Shown here: positions 1 to 10,387 of the stretch, piece by piece | How the letters are laid out: every line of letters begins with the position of its first letter | Numbering within the stretch: the stretch's first letter is position 1 | Source of the DNA: Candidatus Zambryskiibacteriota bacterium | Lineage (GTDB): Bacteria > Patescibacteriota > Minisyncoccia > Phycocordibacterales > Zambryskibacteraceae | Direction of reading: 5' to 3' | DNA length: 64,000 bases | Assembly (NCBI GenBank): GCA_016180955.1 | Contig: JACPAD010000001.1 | Location: 75,516-139,515, forward strand | Program-made: the position numbers and the translations under genes | The notes under the pieces: generated by a model | Told to the model about the DNA's origin: nothing | The model's database searches: none | What the model saw: only the letters and a program-made list of their open reading frames with translations

Positions 1-222
1 AGCCTTGGTAACATTCTCAAAAGCGCTGGCTTCGTGTATGGCATAACCCTTGACTGTGTTGACAAGATTTGGAATTAGGTCATAGCGACGCTTGAGCTGA
101 ACGTCGATATCGGCCCACGCTTCCTTTGCCCTGTTAATAAGACGAATGAAAGAGTTATAAACAAAAATAACCCAGAGTACTAAAACAGCGACAATAAGCA
201 AAATTATCATTAGTGATGACAT
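1..222 (-). CDS. lemA: LemA family membrane protein (N-terminal part; gene continues past window start)
   Basis: Reverse-strand translation from ATG at 220-222 gives [61 protein letters not shown]..., matching the LemA N-terminal TM helix plus the conserved [15 protein letters not shown] motif. Not in the ORF track because it is truncated by the window edge. Confidence 0.6.
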   Translation of the reverse strand, partial: MSSLMIILLIVAVLVLWVIFVYNSFIRLINRAKEAWADIDVQLKRRYDLIPNLVNTVKGYAIHEASAFENVTKA

Positions 223-242
223 ACTGCTATTTTAGCACACCT

Positions 243-1898
243 CTAATAATCTATCCCTGGAGCGTGGTTGTACTTTTCTTGTTTAGATTCTGGTTCATCT
301 GCAATAGCCACTTCGGTAGTAAGGAGAATGGCTACGGCGGAAGCGGCGTTTTCGAGCGCGCATCTAGTCACTTTTAACGGATCAACGATGCCGGCTTCAA
401 ACATGTTTGTTACAAACTCGTCCTTCAAGGCGTCGTAGCCAGAAGCTGTGCCACCTTTGAGCACTTCGTTGACCACTACCCCTTCGTCCTTGCCAGCATT
501 CTTGGCAATCTGGCGAAGCGGCTCCTTAAGCGCCTCAATCACTGCCGTATAGCCAGCAGTAAATTCAGCTTCACTGGCTTCGCTAGCTTCGATAGCTTTA
601 TGAGATTCTTTAAATTTAGTTTCAATTTTCTTGGAAACTTTGGCGAAAGCACTGCCGCCGCCGGCGACAATACCCTCGCTGATAGCAGCTTTGGTAGCAT
701 TGACGGCATCTTCGATTTTCAACTTCAAATATTTCATCTCGGTCTCGGTAGCGGCGCCGACTTTGATGACCGCTACTCCTCCCACAAGCTTGGCTATGCG
801 CTTCTCCAAATTTTCAATATCGAATTTTGAATCCGTGTTTTCTTTCTCTGTTTGAAGACTCTGAATTCTGGCTACAACGTCAGCTTTCTTGCCCTTGCCG
901 CCGACAATAATAGTATTATCTTTGGTCGAAACTACCCGTGAGGCACGGCCGAGGACGTTGAGTTCGGCAGTCTCGAATCTAAGGTCAACTTCGTCGGAAA
1001 TCACTTTAGCACCGATAGTGACGGCAATATCGGCGAGCATTTCCTTTTTCTTATCACCGTAGCCCGGGGCTTTGACAGCAAGGACGTTGAACGAGCCACG
1101 GAGTTTATTGAGTACGAAAGTAGTTAAGGCCTCCCCGTCCACGTCGTCTGCAACGATGACTAAATCTTTCTTGCCTGTTGCCGCAAGTTTCTCAAGGAGC
1201 GGCAAGAGCTCTTTGATAGTGGAGATCTTTTTATCTGTCAGAAGAATGGCCGGGTCACGGTACTCCGCTTCCATCCTCTCCGGATTGGTAATCATGTAAG
1301 GCGATATGTAGCCCTTGTCGAATTCCAGCCCTTCGACAATTTCGGAGTCGATGCCGAAAGACTGGGATTCCTCGACGGTCACCACGCCGTCCTTGCCAAT
1401 TTTTTTAATCGTACCTGCAATAATAGTGCCGATTTCCTCAGACTCGGCGGCAATGGCGGCTACTTGCCGCACTTCCGCGTCACTCTTGATGGGCTTACTC
1501 ATTTTCTTAAGAGCTTCGATTGCATCATGCGTGGCAGCTTCAATACCGCGCCGTATTGCCATAGAGTTGGCAGTGACTAGTGATTTCTTGAAGCCGGCTT
1601 CGACAAGTGCTTGAGTAAAAACGATAGAAGTGGTAGTGCCGTCGCCGGCAGTGTCGTTGGTCTTACTGGCCACTTCTTTTACAATCTCGGCGCCCATGTT
1701 CTCGAACTTATTCGCCAAGGTAATGTCTTTGGCAATTGTTACGCCGTCGTTGGTCACAGTCGGAGAGCCGTAGCCCTTGTCCAAGACGACGTTCCGGCCA
1801 CGCGGACCAAGGGTTATGGAAACCGCATCGGCAACGGCATCGATGCCGCGCTTTAAAGCATCTCTTGCTTCTTGATTGAATAGAATTTTTTTAGCCAT
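243..1898 (-). CDS. groEL: Chaperonin GroEL (60 kDa)
   Basis: 551 aa. N-terminus [41 protein letters not shown] and full-length colinearity with Cpn60. The C-terminal GGM-like tail is absent but the sequence ends in a typical acidic tail. Confidence 0.95.
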   Translation of the reverse strand: MAKKILFNQEARDALKRGIDAVADAVSITLGPRGRNVVLDKGYGSPTVTNDGVTIAKDITLANKFENMGAEIVKEVASKTNDTAGDGTTTSIVFTQALVEAGFKKSLVTANSMAIRRGIEAATHDAIEALKKMSKPIKSDAEVRQVAAIAAESEEIGTIIAGTIKKIGKDGVVTVEESQSFGIDSEIVEGLEFDKGYISPYMITNPERMEAEYRDPAILLTDKKISTIKELLPLLEKLAATGKKDLVIVADDVDGEALTTFVLNKLRGSFNVLAVKAPGYGDKKKEMLADIAVTIGAKVISDEVDLRFETAELNVLGRASRVVSTKDNTIIVGGKGKKADVVARIQSLQTEKENTDSKFDIENLEKRIAKLVGGVAVIKVGAATETEMKYLKLKIEDAVNATKAAISEGIVAGGGSAFAKVSKKIETKFKESHKAIEASEASEAEFTAGYTAVIEALKEPLRQIAKNAGKDEGVVVNEVLKGGTASGYDALKDEFVTNMFEAGIVDPLKVTRCALENAASAVAILLTTEVAIADEPESKQEKYNHAPGIDY

Positions 1899-2235
1899 TT
1901 TTGATTACTGCTAGTACATTATCTTCTTTTAACAAGTAGAGTTCTTCGCCATTTTGTTCAACTTCGTCGTAGCCATATTTGGAAAAGAGAACCGTGTCAC
2001 CTATTCTAATGCGCACTGGTACCAATTTACCGTCAACAATTTTACCCTCGCCAACTGCAAGTACCTTGCCTTGAGCCGACTTCTCTTTGGTCATCGACTC
2101 AGGCAAAACAAAATCTGTCATTGGCTTCTTGCCTTGAGCCCGTCGAATGGCCTCTTCGCTAAAAGGCCTTAAGAGCACCCTGTCTCCCAAAGGGATAATT
2201 CTTGAATTTGAACCAGTTTTTTTCTCCATAATCAT
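1891..2235 (-). CDS. groES: Co-chaperonin GroES (10 kDa); true start probably the internal Met (MEKK...)
   Basis: RIIPLGDRVLLRP...GKVLAVGEGK...GDTVLFSKYG is the classic GroES signature. It overlaps groEL by 8 nt (operon). Confidence 0.9.
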   Translation of the reverse strand: MIMEKKTGSNSRIIPLGDRVLLRPFSEEAIRRAQGKKPMTDFVLPESMTKEKSAQGKVLAVGEGKIVDGKLVPVRIRIGDTVLFSKYGYDEVEQNGEELYLLKEDNVLAVIKNG

Positions 2236-2287
2236 CCATCATACACAAATTGCCTATTTAGGGAAATTAAGGTAACATTTCACCAGC

Positions 2288-2323
2288 TTCTAGCTGCTAG
2301 TCCCTAGAACCTAGCAGCTAGAA
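2288..2323. promoter_or_regulatory. 13-bp perfect inverted repeat (ttctagctgctag N10 ctagcagctagaa) in the groES/secG divergent intergenic region; candidate operator
   Basis: Read directly. The arms at 2288-2300 and 2311-2323 are exact reverse complements. It lies about 55-90 bp upstream of the groES start on the minus strand. Confidence 0.35.
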
Positions 2324-2329
2324 CCTAGA

Positions 2330-2554
2330 ATGTCTTATCTTCCTTATATTCAAGTTGCTTTAAGTATCCTTCTGGTTATAGGGGTGCTTCTCCAGCGCTC
2401 TGAAGCAGGCCTCGGTGCCGGTTTCGGCTCAGATTCGGGCACTGGGTATCGCTTCATGCGCCGCGGATTCGAGAAAACTCTTTTCAACGCCACCATTCTC
2501 ATTGCCGTCCTTTTCGCGCTCTCCGCGCTGACACCTCTTCTTGTTGTTCGTTAA
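2330..2554 (+). CDS. secG: Preprotein translocase subunit SecG
   Basis: 74 aa. Two TM helices with the LLQ-gly-rich loop (VLLQRSEAGLGAGFGSDSGTGYRF), typical SecG architecture. Confidence 0.6.
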   Translation: MSYLPYIQVALSILLVIGVLLQRSEAGLGAGFGSDSGTGYRFMRRGFEKTLFNATILIAVLFALSALTPLLVVR

Positions 2555-4313
2555 CTCAATGCGTTATAAAGAATTACAAGCCCTCCTACGGAGACGCTTT
2601 CAAATACCTAGAGAGCGCTCTGTCCGCCGGACTATCCAGTCTTTTACTCTTGCGGAAAAAGCGGTCTTCTACTTCTTTACGGCATTTTTTATCCTCTCCG
2701 GTTTCTCTCTTATCTGGCAGGTAAGCAACGCTTATCTTGTCCAAGTCCCTACCGAAGGCGGCGCTTTAACTGAAGGGGTGGTCGGCAATCCTCGCTTCAT
2801 TAATCCGGTATTAGCACTCTCGGAAGCGGACAAAAATCTTACCGCACTCATCTACTCCGGCCTTTTGCGCGTCACTCCCCAAGGAGAAATCATCAACAAC
2901 TTGGCCGAAAAAGTTAGTATCTCCGAGAACCGACTAGTTTACACCGTGACCATCGCTTCAGGCGCGCGCTTCCACGACGGCATACCTGTCACGGCAGACG
3001 ATGTTGTTTTTACCGTCAGTAAGATTACCGACCCGCTCATCAAGAGCCCTCGACGGGGTAATTGGGACGGGGTGATTGTAGAGAAAGTCGACGAGCGCAC
3101 GGTGCGATTTACTCTGAAGAAAGCTTATACTCCCTTCATATATAACTTAACTACCGGCATCCTCCCGCACCACATCTGGAAAAATGTTACTGACGATGAG
3201 TTCTCCTTTAGCCAGTTCAATACTTTGCCTGTCGGCTCCGGTCCTTACAAGATAGGCCGTGTCGAGAGAAATGACGGCGGCATTCCGGACTACTACAGAC
3301 TCTCGCCTTTCAAAGGCACTTTGGCCAAAACTGTGTTTGTAAGAAATTTATCTTTCCGCTTCTATCCGTCCGAGACGGCTCTTATCGAAGCTTATAAAAA
3401 GGGCGGGGTTGAGAGTATCGCGGGCATTTCGCCGGAGCGCCTCTCGGAACTTAATTTAGGAAACGCGGAGATTATCAGCGCGCCGTTGCCGAGAATCTTC
3501 GCCGTCTTCTTTAATCAAAGTCAGTCGCGAGTACTTTTAAATAAAGAGGTACGGGAAGCGCTCGACATGGCAGCGCCGAAAGAGAAAATCGTGGAAGAAG
3601 TGCTCGGTGGCTATGGTACGGCTATCGACGGGCCACTGCCGGCGACACTTTTTTCTTGGGTGACAGAACATAGAGAACTTTCTTCGGAAGAGAGAATGGT
3701 AAGGGCCAGAAAGCTTCTCACTGAAAATGGCTGGAAACCGAATGATGAGACCGGTGTACTTGAAAAAAAATCCGGCAATGCTAAAATATCCTTGTCGTTT
3801 TCCATCTCTACCGGCGACGCTCCAGAATTGCGTCTGGTAAGCGAGCTCTTAAAGGCAAGCTGGCAAGAGCTCGGGGCCGAAGTCGAGGTTTTATACTTCG
3901 AATCGGGCGAGCTTAACCAGAGCGTCATCAGGCCGAGACACTTCGACGCGCTTCTCTTCGGAGAAGTGGTAGGCAGAGAAGCGGACCTCTACCCATTCTG
4001 GCATTCCTCGCAACGCTCTGACCCCGGCTTAAACATTGCTTTATACGCCAATTCCAGGACTGACCGGCTCTTGGAAGAGATCAGAACGCTGAGCAACAAA
4101 GAAGAGGTGGAAGAAAGTTACAATACATTCTACGAGGAGTTGAAGAAGGATATGCCGGCAGTCTTCCTCTACTCTCCGAGTTTCCTATACATAGTGCCGG
4201 AAAAGCTCAAGGGAGTCGAGCTTATTTCTCTCTCCGTCTCCCAAGACAGATTCCTCAATATTCGGGACTGGTTCGTGGAGACAGACAAGGTGTGGAAAAT
4301 ATTTTTGGATTAA
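2541..4313 (+). CDS. ABC transporter substrate-binding protein, family 5 (peptide/nickel Opp/Dpp-like), N-terminally membrane-anchored; real start probably downstream of 2541
   Basis: 590 aa. N-terminal TM helix followed by the SBP_bac_5-like region (RVTPQGEIINNLAEKVSISENRLVYTVTIASGARFHDGIPVTADDVVFT). Overlaps the secG 3' end by 14 nt. Confidence 0.6.
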   Translation: MLFVNSMRYKELQALLRRRFQIPRERSVRRTIQSFTLAEKAVFYFFTAFFILSGFSLIWQVSNAYLVQVPTEGGALTEGVVGNPRFINPVLALSEADKNLTALIYSGLLRVTPQGEIINNLAEKVSISENRLVYTVTIASGARFHDGIPVTADDVVFTVSKITDPLIKSPRRGNWDGVIVEKVDERTVRFTLKKAYTPFIYNLTTGILPHHIWKNVTDDEFSFSQFNTLPVGSGPYKIGRVERNDGGIPDYYRLSPFKGTLAKTVFVRNLSFRFYPSETALIEAYKKGGVESIAGISPERLSELNLGNAEIISAPLPRIFAVFFNQSQSRVLLNKEVREALDMAAPKEKIVEEVLGGYGTAIDGPLPATLFSWVTEHRELSSEERMVRARKLLTENGWKPNDETGVLEKKSGNAKISLSFSISTGDAPELRLVSELLKASWQELGAEVEVLYFESGELNQSVIRPRHFDALLFGEVVGREADLYPFWHSSQRSDPGLNIALYANSRTDRLLEEIRTLSNKEEVEESYNTFYEELKKDMPAVFLYSPSFLYIVPEKLKGVELISLSVSQDRFLNIRDWFVETDKVWKIFLD

Positions 4314-4326
4314 AAATTAAATAATT

Positions 4327-6102
4327 ATGCTTTCTACTAAATTTGCAAGCAGCTTACGGCATAAGTCTATTCGACGACATGGCCAAAGCGCGATACCGAT
4401 GAAGAAGCCAGCAGACATAATCCCTCCTATTAATGACGCTTTGCGCATCATTCCTCTCGGCGGCGTCGAGGAGATCGGCAAAAATATGACGGTCGTCGAA
4501 TTTAAGGACGACATTATCGTCATTGATGCGGGCATCCAGTTTACCGACGACGATACGCCGGGTATCGACTATATCCTGCCCAACGTCAAATATCTCGAGG
4601 ACCGCAAGGATAAGATCCGCGCCCTCGTCATTACCCACGGCCACTTAGACCACATCGGCGGCATTCCTTATCTCATTACCCGTCTTGGCAACCCGCCAAT
4701 CTACACCCGCGAGTTCGGCGCGCTCCTCATCAGAAAGCGCCAAGCGGAGTTCCCTCATCTTCCTCCGCTCGATATCCGCATCGTGGACAGCGGCGACCAA
4801 TCCATCCCCATCTCGCCAAACTTTAAAGTGCGCTTCTTCGGTCTTACTCACTCCATACCCGACTCAACCGGCATCATCATCGAGACCCCTTACGGCGACA
4901 TCGTCAATACCGGCGATGTCCGCGTCGAGAACGAGAACGGCGTTGTCGCGGAGAAAGAGCTTGAGCAATACAAGATGTTCAAGGACAGGAACATCATTCT
5001 CTTTACCATGGATTCGACCGGCATCGAGAAGCCCGGTTTCTCGCCCTCCGAGGCCTCGATACTTAAAAATATCGACGCTATAGTCAAGGACGCTCCCGGC
5101 CGCATCATCATCGCCACCTTTGCTTCCCAAGTGGAGCGCATTATCGAGTTCTTGAAGAGCGCCCGCCGCTACGGCAGAAAGGTTTTGATCGAAGGTCGCA
5201 GCATGAAGACCAACGTGGAGATTATCAAGCACCTAAACCTCGTCGACACTACCGACATTGTCCCTATCGAAGAGATTGAAAAATATCCGCCCAACAAGAT
5301 TATGATTATCGCCACCGGCGCCCAAGGCGAGGAATTTGCCGCCCTGATGCGCATGTCCAATAAGACCCACAAATACGTGCGGCTGGAGCGTTCCGATACC
5401 ATTGTCTTATCTTCCTCTGTTATCCCGGGCAACGACCGCGCCGTCGAGAAGCTCAAAGATAACCTTTTCCGTCATGACGCCAAGATTATTACCTACCTCG
5501 ACTCCGACGTCCACACCTCGGGACACGGCAAACGGGGCGAACTTGAGTGGATACATAAGCAGATTAATTACAAATACTTCATGCCGGTGCACGGCAGCCA
5601 CTTCCGCCTCAAGATGCACGCCGAACTGGCGGCCTCTCTTGGCTGTCCGCGCGAGAATATTATTGTGCCCGAGAACGGTTCTATCATCGAAATCCGTGAC
5701 GAAGGCCGCCAGTTCTTGAAGCTTACGGAAAAAGCGCCATCGGACGATATGGTTGTCGAAGGGCTTTCCATCGGAGATATCTCCGAAGTAGTCATCCGCG
5801 ACAGGAAGATGCTTGCCGAGGATGGCATCTTTGTCATCATCGCCCTTATCAATACCCGAAACGGCCGTTTGAAGAAGAGTCCGGATATCATCGCCCGCGG
5901 CTTCGTCTACTTGCGCGAATCGCAAGAGCTTTTAAGCGAGGCCAGAGTGATCATCAAGCGCTCCATCGAATCCGCCGCCGCGGGCTCCAACCCCATCAAC
6001 TTCGACCACGTCAAGAACGTGGTAACCGAAGACATTTCCCGCTTCTTATTTCAGAGGACAGCCAAAAAACCCATCGTCATTCCTGTTATCCTCGGTGTCT
6101 AG
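4327..6102 (+). CDS. rnj: Ribonuclease J (metallo-beta-lactamase / beta-CASP RNase); likely start at Met near 4399 (MKKPADII)
   Basis: HxHxDH motif ITHGHLDHIGGIPYL. Beta-CASP region and C-terminal domain colinear with RNase J1/J2. Confidence 0.85.
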   Translation: MLSTKFASSLRHKSIRRHGQSAIPMKKPADIIPPINDALRIIPLGGVEEIGKNMTVVEFKDDIIVIDAGIQFTDDDTPGIDYILPNVKYLEDRKDKIRALVITHGHLDHIGGIPYLITRLGNPPIYTREFGALLIRKRQAEFPHLPPLDIRIVDSGDQSIPISPNFKVRFFGLTHSIPDSTGIIIETPYGDIVNTGDVRVENENGVVAEKELEQYKMFKDRNIILFTMDSTGIEKPGFSPSEASILKNIDAIVKDAPGRIIIATFASQVERIIEFLKSARRYGRKVLIEGRSMKTNVEIIKHLNLVDTTDIVPIEEIEKYPPNKIMIIATGAQGEEFAALMRMSNKTHKYVRLERSDTIVLSSSVIPGNDRAVEKLKDNLFRHDAKIITYLDSDVHTSGHGKRGELEWIHKQINYKYFMPVHGSHFRLKMHAELAASLGCPRENIIVPENGSIIEIRDEGRQFLKLTEKAPSDDMVVEGLSIGDISEVVIRDRKMLAEDGIFVIIALINTRNGRLKKSPDIIARGFVYLRESQELLSEARVIIKRSIESAAAGSNPINFDHVKNVVTEDISRFLFQRTAKKPIVIPVILGV

Positions 6103-6141
6103 TACATGAAGTTGACAAATTGTATTTGCTATACTTAAGGT

Positions 6142-7278
6142 ATGTGGAAGACTATCAGGATCTTCGTGCTCGCCTTTTTTATCTCGCTTAATTTCGGATT
6201 GCTTCTATATATCAACTCCTCGTTTCTAAGTATTTTCTTTCCTTCGTGGATCGTTAGCCTGCTATTCATCCTGGGGGCCATGGGCAATATTACTCTTTTC
6301 TTTTTGGCGCCGAGATTTTTGAAAGTTTTGGATAAATCGTTTTTACTTTTTCTTTTTCTCGTCATTGCATTTTTATCCGGCCTTTATATGTCCACGGCTA
6401 CAGGTGCGGCGGGAGTAGCTATTGCCTTTCTCTCTTATTCAAGTGTGATTTATATGATCTACTACTGCCTCGACATTTTTCTTGAAGAGCTTTCCGTAGA
6501 TCGCCATACCGGCGAGTTGAGAGGGCTTTACAGCATCTTTTTAAACGGCGGCATCATGCTCGGGCCGCTTTTGGTCGTTCTGATAGCCAGAGACGATAAT
6601 GTCAGGCCAGTTTATCTTGTTGGGGCGGCACTCCTTATCGTTGCCGTGCTTCTTTTGTCAAACTCTTTCAAAATTAAAAACAATCATCATAAAGAGCCAA
6701 TACCGTTGCCTTTCAAAAAGTGGCGGCACTCCGCCAATATTCGCCGTGTTACTCTAGCTAAATTAGTCTTAGAGATATTCTTTACGCTTATGGTCATCTA
6801 CACTCCTCTCTACCTTCATAATGAACTTGGTTTCGCGTGGAGAGAACTTGGCATCATCTTTACGATAATGCTTTTGCCTTTTGTGATATTTGAATGGCCC
6901 GTGGGAGAATTGGCCGATCGCTTCTGGGGTGAGAAAGAGATGATGTCCTTGGGTTTTTTTATCACCGGGTCCGCTCTTCTTATTATGCCTTTCCTCGACA
7001 AAGTCTTTGCCGCTTGGCTTCTAATCCTTCTTCTCTCACGCGTGGGCGCGAGTATTGTTGAGATTACAACAGAGAGTTATTTCTTCAAACAGATTAGCGC
7101 TTCTGAAACGGGCATGTTGAGTATCTTTCGCTTAGTCAGACCGGTCGGCATTATTCTCGGTGCTCTTATTGGTGCACTGACCCTTCAAATCCTTGCTTTT
7201 ACTACAATTTTCTTCGTCGTCGCTTTCGTGATATTTCTCGGCATTCGCGAGAGTGCTTACCTCAAAGATACTCTCTGA
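6142..7278 (+). CDS. Polytopic membrane transporter (MFS-like)
   Basis: 378 aa. About 10-12 predicted TM helices with a central loop, resembling the major facilitator superfamily. No specific motif assigned. Confidence 0.45.
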   Translation: MWKTIRIFVLAFFISLNFGLLLYINSSFLSIFFPSWIVSLLFILGAMGNITLFFLAPRFLKVLDKSFLLFLFLVIAFLSGLYMSTATGAAGVAIAFLSYSSVIYMIYYCLDIFLEELSVDRHTGELRGLYSIFLNGGIMLGPLLVVLIARDDNVRPVYLVGAALLIVAVLLLSNSFKIKNNHHKEPIPLPFKKWRHSANIRRVTLAKLVLEIFFTLMVIYTPLYLHNELGFAWRELGIIFTIMLLPFVIFEWPVGELADRFWGEKEMMSLGFFITGSALLIMPFLDKVFAAWLLILLLSRVGASIVEITTESYFFKQISASETGMLSIFRLVRPVGIILGALIGALTLQILAFTTIFFVVAFVIFLGIRESAYLKDTL

Positions 7279-7894
7279 TTTCTCCTGCTTTTATTTCAAT
7301 CGGATCTGCTTTGCGGAGGTCTTTAATTTGTTTACTGGAAAGGATTCTGGTATGGGGCGAGTGGTCGAGTTTGTAAGCGAGACTGGTAAGGTTTTCTTTT
7401 GTAGTAAGCCATGCTGTTCCGTGTTTCGAGAGATCGAAAGGTTTGGAGAAATTTCTCAAAGTTTTCTTGCCGCTTGGCAGAAAGTATTCGTGGAAATAGG
7501 ACATGGCCAGTTCGCCCGCGCTTTTATAAACCGGTTCGCGATAGCGAAGCACGGCGTGATTGGTCTTCGAAATTGCGCCCCAGCACTTCCCTTCTCTGAA
7601 TAATGCAACCACATGATCGAAATCAGGCCGAATTGTTTTAAGATCCAAAAGAAGTGGTTTCTGACCCTGTACCCAAAGCGCTGCGGCAGCCAAGAGAGCC
7701 CCTTCGAAGCATTGAGCCTTGCGCCTTTTTAACGTTAAACTCACGGAGCTATTGGTCTCTCCTTCTTTTTCAAAATTGAATTTAAGGGAATTAAGGAAGT
7801 CCTGAATTTTGGCCGGAGTATTGAGCTTCTTGAGCAGCTGCCATTCTTTGTGGTCTAGTCCTGATTTTTTCAGATTAAGTGGTTGTATCGGCAT
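7262..7894 (-). CDS. Hypothetical protein; possible Cys/His hydrolase fold (transglutaminase/NAT-like), unassigned
   Basis: 210 aa. KAQCFEGALLAAAALW ... DHVVALFREGKCWGAISKTNH pattern is compatible with a Cys-His-Asp enzyme. No confident family call from sequence alone. Confidence 0.3.
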   Translation of the reverse strand: MPIQPLNLKKSGLDHKEWQLLKKLNTPAKIQDFLNSLKFNFEKEGETNSSVSLTLKRRKAQCFEGALLAAAALWVQGQKPLLLDLKTIRPDFDHVVALFREGKCWGAISKTNHAVLRYREPVYKSAGELAMSYFHEYFLPSGKKTLRNFSKPFDLSKHGTAWLTTKENLTSLAYKLDHSPHTRILSSKQIKDLRKADPIEIKAGEIREYL

Positions 7895-8215
7895 GGGCCT
7901 TATCTTACAATATAATTCCAGAAACGTACCCGGGAGGAGCCCTTGGTAGACTATTCAAACCCGCGAAAGTGGCCAGTGGGCCTGCTCATCGCCACCAAGC
8001 AGCTCGTGCTTGATCGGCTCAAGCTCAATCCCCACGATGCTCGCGAGCAGGCGGAACTTGCACGCATTGACGAAGACCTCAGGCGTGCCGAAACCCAACC
8101 ACAGCGCTGACGAAAGAATCGTCAGCGCTGTACCGTATTATCTAGTACCAAGAAGCGCCACGAATTTCATCGAATCAAATGAAAGCCGCCCGAAAGCACG
8201 ACGGCTTTCTGGCGG

Positions 8216-8746
8216 CTAGTCGGCAAGAGCTTCGCCCAAGAGGTCCATCACCCTGCCGAGAGACAAAGAGTAGATCTCCGAGACGACCATGTTGACTTGA
8301 TCGTTGTTGGATGGACGGAGAGCGAGAAAGTCAGCGACATCTCTGAATCCAACCACGACCAGATTTTCTTGCGGTATTTGCACCAGATTGTCCTTCAATG
8401 AAGAAGGGTTTTGCAGACTCTGACCCATGCTGAAGACCACAATCGTGACGATTCCTCCATTCAGGACTTCGCCAAACACTTGAGCCATTCTGCCGCAGAA
8501 GACCGAGTCATCCCAGATGAAGATCTTCTGCCCGTAGGCAAAGAGCTCGTTATTGCAGTACATCTGGCCGCCGCGCTTCTCGAAGCGGGACCTCTTCATT
8601 ACCCAACGCCCAAGCACGAACTGAGACTGGATTTTCTCGGCGGAGAATTCAGGGTGATTCTTGAGGTCAATCCCGGCCTGACCCTGTCCCGAAAACACGG
8701 CTGGAAATAGAACCAGCACCAGAATGCAAGCTAATGCACTTCGCAT
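8216..8746 (-). CDS. Secreted hypothetical protein (signal peptide)
   Basis: 176 aa. N-terminal MRSALACILVLVLFPAVFSGQGQAG signal peptide. A hairpin lies downstream at ~8174-8210. Confidence 0.4.
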   Translation of the reverse strand: MRSALACILVLVLFPAVFSGQGQAGIDLKNHPEFSAEKIQSQFVLGRWVMKRSRFEKRGGQMYCNNELFAYGQKIFIWDDSVFCGRMAQVFGEVLNGGIVTIVVFSMGQSLQNPSSLKDNLVQIPQENLVVVGFRDVADFLALRPSNNDQVNMVVSEIYSLSLGRVMDLLGEALAD

Positions 8747-8830
8747 TTCTACCTCCTAATAACTGTCCATGGTCATGCTAACATAATCGTAATTGAAAAA
8801 AGCTTAAAATTCCTGTATCTTAACGTATAT

Positions 8831-8901
8831 TGCGGGATCGTCTAATGGTAGGACTGCAGATTCTGGATCTGCGTATCTTGGTTCGAGTCCAAGTCCCGCA
8901 G
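8831..8901 (+). tRNA. tRNA-Gln (anticodon CUG)
   Basis: Cloverleaf read by eye. Acceptor TGCGGGA/TCCCGCA with U1-A72 (Gln hallmark). Anticodon stem GCAGA/TCTGC, loop TTCTGGA. T-arm CTTGG-TTCGAGT-CCAAG. Confidence 0.8.
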
Positions 8902-8996
8902 CCTCTATAAAACTCACCTCATTTTCGGGGAATTTTTGGCGCGCGGCGCGGAGCGCCGAGTATGGAAATAAAGGGGAATCTTCTATACGCCGGTCG
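8897..8996. repeat. Left terminal inverted repeat of tRNA-Gln-adjacent cassette (pairs with 11830-11918; 9-bp indel tataaaact)
   Basis: The reverse complement of 11830-11918 matches 8897-8996 base for base apart from one 9-bp insertion. The repeat starts inside the last 4 nt of the tRNA. Confidence 0.75.
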
Positions 8997-10379
8997 GGTT
9001 CGAGCCGAAGATTTTGGGAGTAGAGATTTTTTGGAGGGGAGGTCGTTCCTTTGAGCGGCTTCAGCTAAGCTTGAAGCCACATTTAGCCATTCCTGCATCG
9101 GTTCGAGCCACGCTTTAGCGTTCCTTTCTAAATTACTTATTTTCTCTTCAAAACTTTTCTTATTAGAGAAAAGTTTTGAGCGCTCTTTGAGATAGGTTTC
9201 TCGGTCTATGTCTTGGGCTATGTAGATATCTAAGAGTCTCTGTATTTTCTCGGAGATAGTAGAAACCCTGTTTCGAAGGTCTTCAATTATTACTGCGCTT
9301 TCTTGCTCGGCCTTCTTTTCATCTTCTTTCATTAACTTTTCAAATTCTTCAGCCCAACGGCTCGGCATAGATGAGCCGTTGAGGATTTCGTTAACCTGTT
9401 CTAACAGCGCTTCTTCTCTTATATGCGGTTCGTTGCAAGGAGTCGTTTTGGACTTCTTCGTGCAATGGTAATAAATATATTTATGGACATTGCCGTTCTT
9501 CTGTCTTTTAACCTTATCCTCTGCCGTTATCATCATCCCGCAAGTAGCACAGCGTAGAAGCCCGCAGAAAGCTTTTGGCTCATTATGTGGCTTCATAGGA
9601 TGGCCTCGCTCAAGGATTACATCTTGGACTTTATCCCAGAGTTTCTTACTAACTATCGGAGGATGCTTACCCTCGTGAATTTCTCCACCATAGAAAAAGT
9701 GGCCATAATAGAATGGATTTGAAAGAATCCACTTAACTCTATCCTTGTGCATTTTCTTTCCGCTTATGGTTCTAACATTTCTCTCGTAAAGAAAATTAGA
9801 AACATCTTCCAGCCGAGCATCGCCGTTTGAATAAAGCTCAAAAGCTTGTTTGAGTATTGGAGCTTTCTTTCTATCCACCACAATAGTTCTTCTCCTTGTA
9901 TCGTTTAAATATCCAGTGGGAGCGGTGCTTGGAAATTCGCCTCGCTTAACCTTTGCCCTTAACCCCCTTTTTACATTAGTACTTAAATCTCTAATAAATT
10001 GGTTGGCCATACCAAACTCCACAGACATCATTAAGACATTGTCTGTGGGGTAGTAACTTCTATCGTGTATAAGCAAGTGCTGAATAATGCCTTGCTGAAG
10101 CATCCAGCTGATCTGTCCGCCGTCTACCGGATTACGGGCAAGGCGATCTAATTTCCAGCACACAATACCTTGCGCCTCGCCCTTTTGAATCTTTTTGACC
10201 ATTTCGTTAAAGACAGGTCTGTCAGGCATTTTAGCCGTGCGCTTTTCCACGAATTCTTCTGTAATAGGCAGACCTTCTTTCTTGGCTAAAGCTCTTAATT
10301 CTGAAAGCTGGGCTTCAATAGAAAGTACTTGTTTGTCTTCGACATCTGTAGATTTTCTAGTGTAGAGAAAGTAATTCAT
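8919..10379 (-). CDS. Large serine recombinase (resolvase/invertase catalytic domain + recombinase domain + zinc ribbon + coiled coil)
   Basis: N-terminus YTRKSTDVEDKQVLSIEAQ (catalytic Ser in the RKST context) ... GIVCWKLDRLARN. Zinc ribbon CGLLRCATCG...YYHC. The C-terminal ~20 codons run into the inverted repeat and may be read-through. Confidence 0.85.
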   Translation of the reverse strand: MNYFLYTRKSTDVEDKQVLSIEAQLSELRALAKKEGLPITEEFVEKRTAKMPDRPVFNEMVKKIQKGEAQGIVCWKLDRLARNPVDGGQISWMLQQGIIQHLLIHDRSYYPTDNVLMMSVEFGMANQFIRDLSTNVKRGLRAKVKRGEFPSTAPTGYLNDTRRRTIVVDRKKAPILKQAFELYSNGDARLEDVSNFLYERNVRTISGKKMHKDRVKWILSNPFYYGHFFYGGEIHEGKHPPIVSKKLWDKVQDVILERGHPMKPHNEPKAFCGLLRCATCGMMITAEDKVKRQKNGNVHKYIYYHCTKKSKTTPCNEPHIREEALLEQVNEILNGSSMPSRWAEEFEKLMKEDEKKAEQESAVIIEDLRNRVSTISEKIQRLLDIYIAQDIDRETYLKERSKLFSNKKSFEEKISNLERNAKAWLEPMQEWLNVASSLAEAAQRNDLPSKKSLLPKSSARTRPAYRRFPFISILGAPRRAPKIPRK

Positions 10380-10387
10380 GGTTAAGT

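Noticed and set aside
600-1856. Plus-strand ORFs (600-830, 631-855, 1072-1299, 1315-1614, 1611-1856) inside groEL
   Set aside because: Shadow ORFs antisense to a confidently identified gene, with low-complexity translations.
7930-8110. GC-rich non-coding stretch whose minus-strand frame reads protein-like (…EVFVNACKFRLLASIVGIELEPIKHELLGGDEQAHWPL…); possible gene remnant
   Set aside because: Interrupted by stops on both sides and no recognisable family. Cannot be distinguished from chance without database search.
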